The position numbers and the translations under genes are program-made. From an uncultured Chloroflexia bacterium (lineage in GTDB: Bacteria > Chloroflexota > UBA6077 > JACCZL01): 64,000 nt of DNA. This document shows positions 42,892-54,257 of the stretch, one piece after another. Position 1 is the stretch's first letter, and each line of letters begins with the position of its first letter. The stretch covers positions 128,001 to 192,000 of the forward strand of contig CAVXYC010000015.1 in assembly GCA_963765765.1 (NCBI GenBank), written 5' to 3'. The notes under the pieces were generated by a model. The model saw only the letters and a list, made by a program, of their open reading frames with translations. It was not told the origin of the DNA and ran no database searches.

Positions 42892-44043
42892 ATGACTTAC
42901 CGGCTTCGGTCGAATCACTACCAACCCTGGACCACGTTGATACTGGCTATAGTTGCCCTTTCGGCTATCGCGGCTCCGTGGCAAGACGACAGTGTTCGCG
43001 CCGCCGGACGCACCGAGTTTCTCGATATTAGTTTTGAGCTGCCCGGTGCAGATTGGTCACCCGTCAGCGACCCCCTTCCGGGCGCTCAGCTGGATCGCCT
43101 CGTACAGTACGTGCGAGAGCAGTCTCCCCATGAGCAGCTGGTGACTATTTGGTCCCTGCCTGTCCAGGCTTCTGCTAGTCGAGCGGCGGTCGCTGCCGGC
43201 GTATTCGGTGCCTTCCGGCAGGTACAGTCTGAAGAGGGTCGCATCGATGCCGCGGCACCGACGCAACGGAGTATCGCTGGACGATCTCACCCGGTGATGA
43301 CCTTCCGGCTCGTACACGATGATGGAGTGTTCGTCCGCGATGGGCTCTATCTCATCTATTTCTCCGACGACTTTGAGCAGCGTCAGCGAGTTCATGTCCT
43401 TTCGTGGTTCGATAACCATTCGTCAGATGTAGCTGCCAGCGCTCTGGACGATTTCGACGCCATTGTCGCGAGCCTGGAGGTGATGGCAGTGGGTTCGCCT
43501 CTGCAATCGGACGACTTCTCGGTTGTATCACCGGGAACCTTCTCGCCGGGCAGCACCCGCCCGGAACGCTACGTTGATGGCGAGTATGTGCTGTCCAATA
43601 CCGAAACCGCGTCCGGGTTCACGGTGGTGACAGAGCGGCGATTTGTGGATAGCTCCGTCGCGTTTGACGCGCGCTTCACCAGTGACACGCCGAACCAGAA
43701 CGTGCAGATAGTGTGTCGACGCAATCTCACCAACGGGACGATGAACGGCTACTACGTCCGTTTATTCCCGTTCTCGGGGCGGGTGGACGTTACCCGACGA
43801 GATAGCGACAAAACGACTGTGCTTGCTTCGCGCCAGTCGCCAGTGAATCAGCTCGGCGAGACGCCCGTGCACCTGGAGCTGATTTGCAGTGGCGGATCGA
43901 TTATCGCCAGCGTCAACGGTACCCGCGTCGTGCGGGTGGAAGATGACACCTTTACCGAAGGGACCATGGGGCTGGGAATCGTGGCCCCTCTGGGTTCGGT
44001 AGCCGAAGCGCGGTTCGACAATTTCGTGATCACCCAGCGCTGA
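42892..44043 (+). CDS. Exported hypothetical protein with C-terminal beta-sandwich (DUF1080/LamG-like)
   Basis: Signal-like N-terminus; VNG....VEDDTFTEG.MGL...FDNFVI tail. Confidence 0.55.
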   Translation: MTYRLRSNHYQPWTTLILAIVALSAIAAPWQDDSVRAAGRTEFLDISFELPGADWSPVSDPLPGAQLDRLVQYVREQSPHEQLVTIWSLPVQASASRAAVAAGVFGAFRQVQSEEGRIDAAAPTQRSIAGRSHPVMTFRLVHDDGVFVRDGLYLIYFSDDFEQRQRVHVLSWFDNHSSDVAASALDDFDAIVASLEVMAVGSPLQSDDFSVVSPGTFSPGSTRPERYVDGEYVLSNTETASGFTVVTERRFVDSSVAFDARFTSDTPNQNVQIVCRRNLTNGTMNGYYVRLFPFSGRVDVTRRDSDKTTVLASRQSPVNQLGETPVHLELICSGGSIIASVNGTRVVRVEDDTFTEGTMGLGIVAPLGSVAEARFDNFVITQR

Positions 44044-44442
44044 GTCTCGCGCCAGGTGGCATGACGGCAAGTCACTTTCGGCCAATGATGCAGGAACAAA
44101 GCGGATGGATCGGGCCGTTAGGGGCGGAATGACTTACAGAGCCGCTGTCTGGGCTTCATATCCCCCGTCTGCCCGCCGCTGGTGGACGACAGTGATCGCG
44201 CTTATTGCCCTGGACATCTCTAGGACGTTGCGGAAAGCCCCGGCCACTGGCGGCCGACGCCACGCGGGATGATCGGGTTCGTGTTCTTCGCTGGCTCCAT
44301 TTCCTACTCCCTTCCCCTGGCGCTACCCCCGCCCCCTTTGGGGGGCAGATTGAAATGACCGCGGCGGGAGCCGCTACAGCACATACCTGCCGTGAACGCG
44401 ACGACGCGTGAGAAAATCGGGCGTCCTCCTGACTGGCTTCTT

Positions 44443-46021
44443 TCAGTGTCCGAAGCGGAGCGCACGGCCGGGAAGTGCCCCGGTGTGCGCGCCGTTGTCA
44501 ACAACGATCTTGCCGTTCACGATGACGTAGGGAATCCCTAGCGGGTACTGCTTGGGCTGTTGCGGTGTCGCGGTGGCCTTCACGGTGGCTGGGTCGAAGA
44601 TCACGACATCCGCCTTCATGCCGTCTCGGAGCAGTCCGCGGTCCCGTAGGCCAAGCCGCTGTGCGGGAAATGAGGTCATCTTGCGAATCGCCTCCGGCAG
44701 TTGCAGATGCTTCTCCGCACGCACGAACTCAGCCAGGATTACCGGGAAGCACCCATAGGTGCGCGGACTGGGGTACTCACCGAACAGGATGGCGTCGCTG
44801 CCCACCATGCCACACGGGTGGGACACGAACGCCGGCAATGTCTGGGGATTGGTACCGACTGAGATGATGCAGAGGCTGTGGCCCTCGCTCCGCATGAGGT
44901 CGAGGAAGGCGTCCAACGGGTCCTGGCCGCGCTCCCGGGAGATGTCAAGCAGCGAGCGCCCTTCGTACGCCACGTTCTCAGGCCTCCGGAAATTGGTGAG
45001 CCACCCCTCGCTGGTGCGCCCCAGGGAGTTGCGCGCCAGCATCTCCTGGCGGAGGCGGGCCCGTTCTTGCGGCGAATCGAGGACTGCCCGAAAGTCGCTC
45101 CGGGCCGCCGTCCATCGTCCAGCCTGGTAGACAGATGTTGGCGCGGGTGCTGCCGTACACGTAGGGATAACAGTCGAAGGTGACGTCCATCCCCTCGTCG
45201 CGACTGCGCTCCACCAGACCCAGGTAGTCCAGGTGCGAGCCGTCGCCCTGCGAGCCCTGGCGGTAATGGGTGAAGTGCACGCCGATGCCGCCTGCGCGCC
45301 CAATCTCGAGCGCCTCAAGCCACGGCGCCAAAAGCCCCTGCGCTCGGAGGAGCCCACGCGTGTGCGTGTGATAGAAGCCGCCCACGCGCGCCACCACCTG
45401 AGACAACTCGATCAGCTCGTTGGTGTCGGCGTATGACCCCGGCGGATAGTCAAGACCAGTGGACAGGCCGAAGGCCCCTTCCTCGCAGACCTCGCGGACC
45501 ACGGACTTCATGTCGTCGAGCTCCGCGCGCGTGGCCGGCCGGTCGTTCCAGCCAACCGACCAGATCCGCACGGGTGAGTTCCCGAGGATGAAGCAGATGT
45601 TGACCGCTACCTTGTTGTCAAACATCGAGAGCTGCCCGGCCATGGTGAGCCAGTCGGCCGGCATCGGGGGCTCGCCATTGAGCCCGGAGTCAAGCTCAAT
45701 GTAGCGGTGCAGGTCTTCGCGAGTCTTGAACGGCGCGTGCGAATTGCCGTCGATGCCGATGAGCTCGGTGGTGACACCCTGCCGAACTTTCGGCTCGTGC
45801 CGCGGTTCGGTCAGGATCGTCAGACCCGCATGCGAATGCATATCGATGAAGCCCGGCGCGACGACGTGACTGCTGGCGTCCACCGTGCGCGAGGCGACTA
45901 GCGCACTGCTATCGCCCCTGAAGATACGAAGAACATCCCCTTCCACTCCCACAGTGGCGTAGTAACCGGGATTCCCGCTGCCGTCAATGATGAGGCCGTT
46001 GCGAATGATCAGATTGAGCAT
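44443..46021 (-). CDS. D-aminoacylase family amidohydrolase (frameshift near 45095)
   Basis: NGLIIDGSG, PGFIDMHSH, STGLDY, PRTYGCFP, ADVVIFDP. Confidence 0.9.
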
Positions 46022-46285
46022 AGGGCCCCCTCCAGCGGGCTTCACTGAGGACGATGGCAGGGTGAGTCTCGCACGAGCGGCACGTGCCCGGCGAGCACGC
46101 CGGCCGATCGCACTATCCCCAGGATCCGCACGGATGAGAGGCCGTGCAACGCAGGACCCTTTCAGTGGGGCCTCCCTAGGAATCGCCCGCCAACGGTTCG
46201 GGACGTCCAGGTCCTCGGTCGCTGATTGCTCGCTGATCGGGGCATGATGGCATAGTGTGCAGCCAGCAGAACGGAGGCGCGTCCC

Positions 46286-46846
46286 ATGGCACGCATACCA
46301 CTCATCGACTCGAAAGATCAGCTATCCGAGGCGGACCAGGCCATCTATGCCGAGACGCTGCGCATGCCCGGGGTCACTCAGCAGATCACCGGGCCACAGC
46401 GTCTGGTCCTGCGGAATGCAAAGCTCAATCACGCTTTCCAGGTGTTCGTTAGCGCGCTGCGCACCGAGACCACGGTGACCGAGCTGGATCACGAGCTGGC
46501 CATTCTGGCTACCGTGCGCGAGATGCGTAGCGCCTACCCCTGGGGTGCGCACGTGATCCGCGCACGGGAAGCCGGCGTTTCGGAAACCGCCATCGAGGTG
46601 ATTCGGAGTCGTGCCGCCGCGGACCGACTTCCGGCCGCGGATGCCGACATCGTTATGTACGCGCGGCAGCTCGCGCGCGACGGTCAGGCCGAGCAGGCCG
46701 TGTTCGACCGTCTCCTGTCGGCGCACGACGAGCGCTGGCTCATGGAGCTCACGCTGCTGATCTCATGGTATTGCGGCATCGCCACATTCGCGAATGCCTT
46801 CGAGATCGAGCCAGGGGAAGGCGCGGATCCGTTGCCATCTGACTAA
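46286..46846 (+). CDS. Carboxymuconolactone decarboxylase/AhpD-like protein
   Basis: ELAILAT......Y.WGAH..AREAGVSE. Confidence 0.8.
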   Translation: MARIPLIDSKDQLSEADQAIYAETLRMPGVTQQITGPQRLVLRNAKLNHAFQVFVSALRTETTVTELDHELAILATVREMRSAYPWGAHVIRAREAGVSETAIEVIRSRAAADRLPAADADIVMYARQLARDGQAEQAVFDRLLSAHDERWLMELTLLISWYCGIATFANAFEIEPGEGADPLPSD

Positions 46847-46893
46847 CTGCTCGGAAGTCCAGGCGAAGCGGAGCAGTCGAGGGCGGATGAAAC

Positions 46894-48267
46894 TTAGTTT
46901 GATTTCGCCCGCGCTCGGCCGCTCCCAGCTCCGCGGAGCGGCTCAAACTCACGTCCGCTTGCATGGATTGCAGGAGCAGCATTGTGGGGCGGACGAACCA
47001 GATAGAGCGCGGCCGCGCAGAGTAGCCAGGTCACCGTCATGAACAGCAAGCTTGGATAGTAGCTCCCAAAGAGATCGGCACTGTAGGCCATCAGCCAGAC
47101 GCCTCCCCATGAGGCAACGATGCCAAATGGGCGGGTGAAGCCAGTGATCCGGCCGAGGTGCAAACGTCCGTAGTATTCGGCCCAGATGGATCCGGAGATG
47201 GCGACGAACCCGCCGACACTCGAGCCAATCAGCAGCGCGTAAGCAAATGCCTGCCAGCCGACCGTTGGATCGGCCAGCATGATGAGGGGCGTGCAAGCGG
47301 CGGTATAGAGCGAAACCGCGATGAGCACAGACCGGATCGGAAAGCGCACAGCAAGCGTGCCCCAGACCAGCTTCAGACTTACGGAAGCAATGCCGAACCC
47401 GGTCAGGCCAAGAATCGCCGCCTCGTTCGAGAATCCATGATCGGCGAGTAGTAGAGACATATTCGTTGGCATGGCCGTCTGGCTCAGCATGCCCAACGAC
47501 ATCCCAACGACCAGGATCCAGAATCCGGAGCTATCGAGTGCTTGTTGGGCGGTCATGCTGGACTCTTGCCTCGGTACACCGTTCGAGCTCTGCGCTGACG
47601 GCGCGAGATCGCCATCCGGGCGTAGCCCGATGTCTTCAGGCTGGCGACGTATCAAGAATGCCGGCAGCGTCGTGACGATGAATGCGATCACCGCCAGTGC
47701 TACCCAGGCGCCCCGCCATCCAAACGACGCCTCCAGCGAAGGAACGAGTATGGGCATCCCGATGGCCGATGACGCGCCACCCATCGTGGTGAGTGCCCCG
47801 GTCAGTCCGCGGAGGCGCACGAACCACTTGGGCACGATGGCCGTACTGATCATGAACCCTTGAAGGATCCCCGCGACGCCTCCCAGAATTCCAAAGAGGG
47901 CTAAGAACTGCCATTCAGTGGTGGCCAGGCTGATGAGTGCCAGCCCAGTGCACGAGATCACTCCGCCAATGACCGCCAGGATAAGGGCGCCATGTTCGCG
48001 GTCGACATAATGGCCAAATAGCGGCGAGATCACGATGCCCATCAACCCGCGCAGGGCAACAGCTCCCAGTACCGCGGAGCGGCTCCAGCCCACGTCCGCT
48101 TGCATGGATGGCAGAAGCAGCCCCGCCACAAATCCCAGTCCCAGGCTGAAGAAGCCCATGCAGAAGGCGATCGCCACGATGATCCACCCGTAGAAGAACG
48201 GCAGTCGGGCTTGCCAGGGTGGATTGCTAACGACAGTCGATCTCAGGGTGAGCTCCGTTGATGCCAC
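46894..48267 (-). CDS. MFS transporter
   Basis: FFYGWII, about 12 TM helices, KWF..RG, FGWR, EYYGR..LG. Confidence 0.9.
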   Translation of the reverse strand: MASTELTLRSTVVSNPPWQARLPFFYGWIIVAIAFCMGFFSLGLGFVAGLLLPSMQADVGWSRSAVLGAVALRGLMGIVISPLFGHYVDREHGALILAVIGGVISCTGLALISLATTEWQFLALFGILGGVAGILQGFMISTAIVPKWFVRLRGLTGALTTMGGASSAIGMPILVPSLEASFGWRGAWVALAVIAFIVTTLPAFLIRRQPEDIGLRPDGDLAPSAQSSNGVPRQESSMTAQQALDSSGFWILVVGMSLGMLSQTAMPTNMSLLLADHGFSNEAAILGLTGFGIASVSLKLVWGTLAVRFPIRSVLIAVSLYTAACTPLIMLADPTVGWQAFAYALLIGSSVGGFVAISGSIWAEYYGRLHLGRITGFTRPFGIVASWGGVWLMAYSADLFGSYYPSLLFMTVTWLLCAAALYLVRPPHNAAPAIHASGREFEPLRGAGSGRARAKSN

Positions 48268-48405
48268 GGATGTCGTGGCGCATGCGAGAAGATCATCGAG
48301 TCAGCGCCTGACCGGGTCAAGTGATTTGCGATGCACTCAAAGCGCCCGGGCGGTGAAGGTCATCACGAACCGCTAGAATCAAAAACTACAACGGAGGGCT
48401 TTCGC

Positions 48406-49695
48406 ATGTTACGCGCTGAAGAGAATGCTCGACTGACCCAGACAGGGCCGGGAACGCCAATGGGAAACCTGCTTCGGCGCTACTGGCTGCCCGCACTCAA
48501 GGCGTCTGAGATTCCATCGCCAGATTCGCCTCCAGTTCGATTGCAGCTCCTGAGTGAGAACCTGGTTGCCTTCCGCGACACCAATGGAGACATTGGCATC
48601 GTTGCAGAGAATTGCCCTCATCGTGGAGCATCGCTGTTCTTCGGGCGGAATGAAGAGGCCGGCATCCGCTGTGTCTATCACGGTTGGAAGTTCGATACCT
48701 CCGGCGCATGTGTGGACATGCCCAATGAGCCACCGGAATCAAACTTCAAGCACAAGGTGCGGGTGACGGCATACCCGGCGCGCGAGGCGGGTGGACTGAT
48801 CTGGGTGTACATGGGACCCGCCGGCACCGAGACGGCTATGCCCGAGCTCGAGTGGCTTGGACTGCCATCAGACCACTACTACATCACCAAGCGCTACCAG
48901 CGGTGCAACTACCTCCAGAACGTTGAAGGCGAGCTCGACTCGAGCCACGTTTCGTATCTCCATAGTCGAATAGGCGGGAACGCCTACGATGACGTGAACA
49001 AGAATAAGTACGACGATCCCAATAAGGGACAGTTCCCGAGCTATATGGCCACGGACAAATCTCCGGTCTTCACCATCGCGGAGACACCCTACGGTTTTGC
49101 CGTGGGCGCCCGTCGGAACGCGGAAGTGGATTCGTATTACTGGCGAATCACCCAGTTCCTCATGCCGTCCTACACGATGATTCCTGCCCCGGTAGGCGGA
49201 CCGGTCAGCTTTACCGGGGCCGTGCCCGTGCGCGCTGACTACATGGTTGGTTTCACCGTCACCTGGCATCCCGACCGACCGCTCAATCGCGACGAGATCG
49301 ATCAGATTGAAATGTGGACGGGGATCCACACGGAAGTGGACCCGGTCACCTTTCAGCCATTGCGCAATAAGGACAACGACTACCTGATCGATCGCCAGGC
49401 CCAGAAAGCCTGGTCGTTTACCGGCATCCGCGGAATTCGTGAGCAGGATCTGGCGGTTCAGGAAGGGATGGGGCCGATCTACGATCGGAGCAAAGAGCGG
49501 CTCGGCACGAGTGATACGGCGATCATAGCCGCGCGTCGGCGCATCTTGCGGGCGCTCAAAGATCTTGAGGAAGGCCGCCTACCCTATGAGGTCCAGGATG
49601 GCAGCGTGTACCGAATTCGGTCGGCTGCCCTGGTCCTTCCCCGCTCGGTCCCGTTCCTGGAGGGCGCAAAAGAGGCTCTCGTAGCCACGGCCTGA
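48406..49695 (+). CDS. Rieske non-haem iron oxygenase (phthalate 4,5-dioxygenase/LigX-like) 1
   Basis: CPHRG...CVYHGW; EGELDSSHVSYLH; QD. Confidence 0.92.
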   Translation: MLRAEENARLTQTGPGTPMGNLLRRYWLPALKASEIPSPDSPPVRLQLLSENLVAFRDTNGDIGIVAENCPHRGASLFFGRNEEAGIRCVYHGWKFDTSGACVDMPNEPPESNFKHKVRVTAYPAREAGGLIWVYMGPAGTETAMPELEWLGLPSDHYYITKRYQRCNYLQNVEGELDSSHVSYLHSRIGGNAYDDVNKNKYDDPNKGQFPSYMATDKSPVFTIAETPYGFAVGARRNAEVDSYYWRITQFLMPSYTMIPAPVGGPVSFTGAVPVRADYMVGFTVTWHPDRPLNRDEIDQIEMWTGIHTEVDPVTFQPLRNKDNDYLIDRQAQKAWSFTGIRGIREQDLAVQEGMGPIYDRSKERLGTSDTAIIAARRRILRALKDLEEGRLPYEVQDGSVYRIRSAALVLPRSVPFLEGAKEALVATA

Positions 49696-49846
49696 CTTCG
49701 GACCAGTATGTAGTCAGTCTCTCCAAGATCCGCGATCGAACCCAATGCTTGGATTCGGTCGCGGATCTTGGTACATCACTAGTTGCCCGCGGACACATGG
49801 AACCTGGAAGCACAATGCTGCCAGGCGCAAGAGTCGAGGAGGACTG

Positions 49847-51640
49847 ATGTTTCGAGATCGAATCGCCGCGCACCGTTTGCTCGGTGTACTCGCAGCCGGC
49901 AGCGTCTTGCTGGCCGCGTGCAGCGGCGGTGGCGCGGCTCCAGTCAAGCCGGAAACCAAGACAGAGGCAAAGCCGACCGCGGCGGTGAGCCAGCCAAAAG
50001 TAGAGTTCCGGCCTAACGCGGCGGCGCAGCCGAAGACTGACGCGCAGCCCAAGGCCGATGAGCCCGTCCGGGCGGTGCCCCCCGCCGCGACGAACCCGAA
50101 GACAAACCGCCTCGTCATGGGGATCGTCCCGCCCGCGTTAGAGACGAACGCGATCCGCGACCTGACGCCTACCATCATCTGGCAGCTCAAGCCGATGTAT
50201 GAGTATCTGCTGATGGTCGACGGGGCCACGGGGAAGCTCGCGCCGGGGCTGGCCACAGAGTGGACCCAGGAGGACGGCGGTAAGAGCTTCCGCATGAAAT
50301 TGCGTAGGGGTGTGCAGTTCCACGACGGCATGGGTGAATTCACCGCTCAGGACGTCGTTTTTACCTGGAAAGATGTCACCGACCCGGCCGCCCAGTACAG
50401 CGACGCGCAGGTCTTCCGCGACATGATCAAGGACATCCAGGTTGTGAACGACTACGAAGTCGTCTTCACGCTGGATCAGAACGCGCCATTCTTCCTGTAC
50501 TGGGTATCACAGGGCCAGGGCGGCTTTGAGATCCGCAGCAAGAAGCACGCGGATGCTATGGGCCCAGTCCCGCCGATAGACCAGCGACCTCTGGCTGGCA
50601 CTGGCCCCTACCAGTTCAAGGAGCGCGCACAGGCACAGTTCATTCGATTCGAACGGGTCCCCTGGTCGCACTGGCGGGTCAATCCGGACTTCCCGGAGTT
50701 CGAGTATCGATTCCAGCGTGAGCCCTCCACTCGGGCTGCCGCTCTCCAGACGGGTGAGACGCACCTGACCGCGTTACCGACGGACCTTCAGAATCAGTCT
50801 GAGAGGGCCGGAATGAAGGTCATTCAGGGATCGGCGGCCGGCCCCGGATCTTCCTGAATCTCTCGTGCTGCTTCATGCAGGACCCGGCCACGCTTTCAGG
50901 CTTGATGTTTCCGGATAGTCCGTTGCTTGACGTAAAGGTCCGCAAGGCGCTGCAAAAGGCCATCAATCTCGACGAGCTAAACAAAGCGTTCTTCGGCGGT
51001 AAGGGCCAGCCCATGGTTCAGACGCACATGCATCCGAACAGCCCGGGCTGGAATCCTGAGTGGGTCTCAAAATTTGCCGATGAGTACGGGTACGACCCAG
51101 CGGCCGCCAGGGCGCTGCTCGCCGAGGCGGGCTATAGCGCGTCGAAGCCGCTGCAGACCAATCTGCACCTCATCGAATCTCCCGCAGTTCCCAGGTACGT
51201 TGGACGTAGTTGAAGCGATCGGTGGCTACTGGCGCGCCGTGGGTGTGCAGCCCGAGATGCCGCAGATCGACGCCGGCGAAATCACGCAACGACAGCGACA
51301 GATGGCGTTCAAGAACGACTTTTTTATCTCTGGGACGAGCTCGGTGGAGTTCATCGGCACGTCGGCATACTGGACGTCGGTGCTGCCTCGAAACAGCGGC
51401 TACGAGGACCCTACGCTCGACGGCCTCTTTCTGAAGATCCGCAGTGAGACGGATGAAGCCAAGCGTACCGAGCTCTGGCGACAGTTGGGCGACTACGCGT
51501 TTGTCACACACCCATCAATCAATCTCTTCTGGCTGCCTGCTGAAGGATTGGTGAATCCACAGATCGTTGGCGAGTACGTCTTCCCAGGCTCCATCACCGG
51601 CACCTGGACGCACGTGGAGTACATCAAGACCGCGAAGTAG
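49847..51640 (+). CDS. ABC substrate-binding lipoprotein, family 5 (frameshifts near 50845 and 51180)
   Basis: Lipobox LAAC, PGLATEW, LR.GVQFHDG, GTGPY, DVKVRKAL..AI, YDP..ARALLAEAGY. Confidence 0.85.
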
Positions 51641-51651
51641 ACCGTTTTCGT

Positions 51652-51737
51652 GTAGCACGGGGCCTTGTGCCCTGTGCCTGGAAATCCTCAACCTAAGTAG
51701 GAGAGGTCCAGGCACAGGGCACAAGGCCCCGTGCTAC
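51652..51737. repeat. Perfect 31-bp inverted GTAG-type REP doublet
   Basis: gtagcacggggccttgtgccctgtgcctgga 51652-51682 is the reverse complement of 51707-51737. Confidence 0.92.
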
Positions 51738-51807
51738 GCCTGGTTCGCGCCGTCGATCAAAGGTGCCTGACAATAGCTTGTATCCGGGAATAGGGGGAGT
51801 CTGCACC

Positions 51808-52324
51808 ATGGCGCGCATCACCGCCGTAACGAGTCGAGACCAGCTCAACGAAGCTGATCGCGATCTGGGACGAGATCCAGGCGAGCCGAGGCGCGGTTCG
51901 CGGTCCGTTCGCGGTGCTCCTAAACCGGCCGGAGCTAGGTCGGCGGGTGGCGCATCTTGGTACGCACATTCGATTCGAGACGTCGCTCGACGGGTACGTC
52001 AGGGAGTTTGCCGTCCTGGTTACCTGCGGCACCCTCGAGTGTGAGTACGAGTGGTCGGCGCACGAGAAGCAGCTACGCGAGCTTGGCGGAACGGATCAGA
52101 CGGTGAATGCCGTCCGCGATCGGAATCCGGCTGCGTTGTCCGAGCAGGATCGGATCGTCTATGCGGTCGTGACAGAGATCCTGGAGAACCACCGCATCAG
52201 TGATGGAACCTACGCGCAGGCCCGGGAGCGATTCAGCGAGGCGCAGCTTCTCGAGTTGTTGGGAACGGTCGGATATTACGCGATGCTCGCCTGCGTGCTG
52301 AACGGTTTCGAAGTTCATCCGTAG
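51808..52324 (+). CDS. Carboxymuconolactone decarboxylase/AhpD-like protein (frameshift near 51860)
   Basis: MARI..., GPF.VLL.RPE, REFAVL....CEYEWSAH, LLEL..TVGYY. Confidence 0.8.
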
Positions 52325-52562
52325 TTCATGCGGGGGCCTGGTCTAGCCTGATGGCGTGGCGACCCCCTTTGGTGGCAAGTCGTCAATCCACCTGTCAATC
52401 GGTTACGATTACTTCAGCGTGGTCGTCCGTGGGACGATAGCGCTTCCGTCAGCATTGCTCGTTTCGTTGGTTTCCTCCCAGGGGCGCCCACCGGCAAATG
52501 ACTGGTGGGCCTATGTTTGCTGGCCCGTATGTGCGCACGGCTCTGTCCAGGGAGGACATTCA

Positions 52563-54026
52563 TTGTATTCGTCATTTGCTGACTTTTCTTTCCGACCTTC
52601 CAGCCGCAAAGCGCTCGTAGAGCTCGGATTCGATACCCCGACACCGGTTCAGGCAGCCACGCTTGCGCCTCTTCTCGAGGGAAGAGATGTCATTGGTCAG
52701 GCTCGAACGGGCTCTGGGAAGACACTTGCGTTCGCGTTGCCGCTAATGGAGCGGATTGATTGGACCGAGCCCGGCGTGCAGGCGCTTGTATTAGTGCCTA
52801 CGCGCGAGCTGGCTGCACAGGTTGCCGGAGTCATCGAGCAGCTCGTCAATAACCCGCGCTCTGCCCCGGCGCTGCTCTTCGGCGGCCGCCCGTTTGGCCC
52901 GCAGGTGGCAGCTCTTCGGACGGCGCGCATCGTCGTCGGAACGCCCGGCCGAACCCTGGACCACTTGCGTCAAGAGACGCTGAGTCTCCGTCACGTCCGT
53001 TATCTCGTGCTTGATGAGGCGGATGAGATGCTCGATCGCGGGTTCGCCCCGGATGTCGAGCGAATCATGCGGTCTGCGCCGCGGTCGGCGCAGAAGGCGC
53101 TTTTCTCCGCGACCATCGCGGAGTGGGTGCATGAGATCTCGGCTCGCCACCTGACCGATCCGCTCACGGTTCGCGTTGATGGTGACCGTGGCCATGATGA
53201 CGGCAGCGTCTCTGAGCTGATCTACAAAGTCTCCGCGGAGCAGAAGCAAGCTGTGCTCGAGACACTGCTCGACCGACGTGGGCGAGGCTCGGTGGTCGTC
53301 TTTGGGCGCACCAAGCACGGCGTTCAAAAACTCGGCAAGCGGCTGGCCGCAAAGGGGTTCCCCATCGCGGTGCTTCAAGGCAATCTCAGCCAGAATGCGC
53401 GCGATCGCGCGATGGCCGAGTTCCGCGCAGGTCGAGCCCCGATTCTGGTCGCCACAAACGTCGCGGCACGTGGTATCGATGTCACCGACATTGAGCTGGT
53501 GATCAACTACGAGCTTCCCGAGAATGCCAGCCTATTCACGCACCGCATCGGTCGAACCGGCCGCATGGGACGTGAAGGCGAGGCAATCACGCTATTGAGC
53601 CCCGGGGAGCAGCTACAGTGGCGCAAGATCGAACGCGACCTGGGCCGGAAGATCACCACGGCAGTATGGGACGAGCAGGTGTCCGAGTTTCCTGTGATAC
53701 AGGAGGCAATGAACGCCAAGGCTCCCACCGCGCCTCGGGAGGACGAGCAGAGGCGGGCTCCTTTCAGAGCGCGCACGCAGGGCCGTGTCACCGCGGAAAA
53801 CGGGCGCGCGCCACAAGGCGGGCATAGCCGCGGTGATGGATCGAACGATGCACATCGGAGCGCGCAGGAGCAACTGCCGCGTCACCAAAAAAGGTTGAAG
53901 TCGGTTCGGTCGCTGGTGCCGCGAGTCCATCGCCCCGGGCAGGCCGGCGTCGGTGGCGGAAAGCCCGCTAGACTTTCGACCAGACCCTTTGTAGAACGGA
54001 ATTACTCTGTTCTACAAAGGGGATGA
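52563..54026 (+). CDS. DEAD-box RNA helicase
   Basis: RBS ggagga + TTG; PTPVQ, ARTGSGKT, PTRELA, DEAD, SAT, HRIGRTGR. Confidence 0.94.
   Translation: MYSSFADFSFRPSSRKALVELGFDTPTPVQAATLAPLLEGRDVIGQARTGSGKTLAFALPLMERIDWTEPGVQALVLVPTRELAAQVAGVIEQLVNNPRSAPALLFGGRPFGPQVAALRTARIVVGTPGRTLDHLRQETLSLRHVRYLVLDEADEMLDRGFAPDVERIMRSAPRSAQKALFSATIAEWVHEISARHLTDPLTVRVDGDRGHDDGSVSELIYKVSAEQKQAVLETLLDRRGRGSVVVFGRTKHGVQKLGKRLAAKGFPIAVLQGNLSQNARDRAMAEFRAGRAPILVATNVAARGIDVTDIELVINYELPENASLFTHRIGRTGRMGREGEAITLLSPGEQLQWRKIERDLGRKITTAVWDEQVSEFPVIQEAMNAKAPTAPREDEQRRAPFRARTQGRVTAENGRAPQGGHSRGDGSNDAHRSAQEQLPRHQKRLKSVRSLVPRVHRPGQAGVGGGKPARLSTRPFVERNYSVLQRG
53985..54021. repeat. 16-bp hairpin (GTAGAAC-type REP or terminator)
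   Basis: ccctttgtagaacgga-attac-tctgttctacaaaggg. Confidence 0.7.
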
Positions 54027-54257
54027 CGCCCCTCCAGCCTATGGTAGGCATTGCCAAAAGTAGGGAGCAGCTCCTTCTTATTTGATGCCTGCACCCGTAC
54101 GGGCGCACCTCCACTAGAGAAGCTTTACCAGTGCGCCAGCGTGCCTCGGAAATGGCACGTCGTTTGCCCTTAGCTTGACAGAAGTAATTCCAGAAGGTAA
54201 CTCGCGTCCTGGATATACTTCTAATCGCCTTATGTCAACAAGAGGGCAGGGGAAGTC

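Noticed and set aside
54175-54203. Sigma70 promoter before Rieske gene 2
   Set aside because: TTGACA is present, but the -10 at 17 bp (TAACTC) is too weak to call
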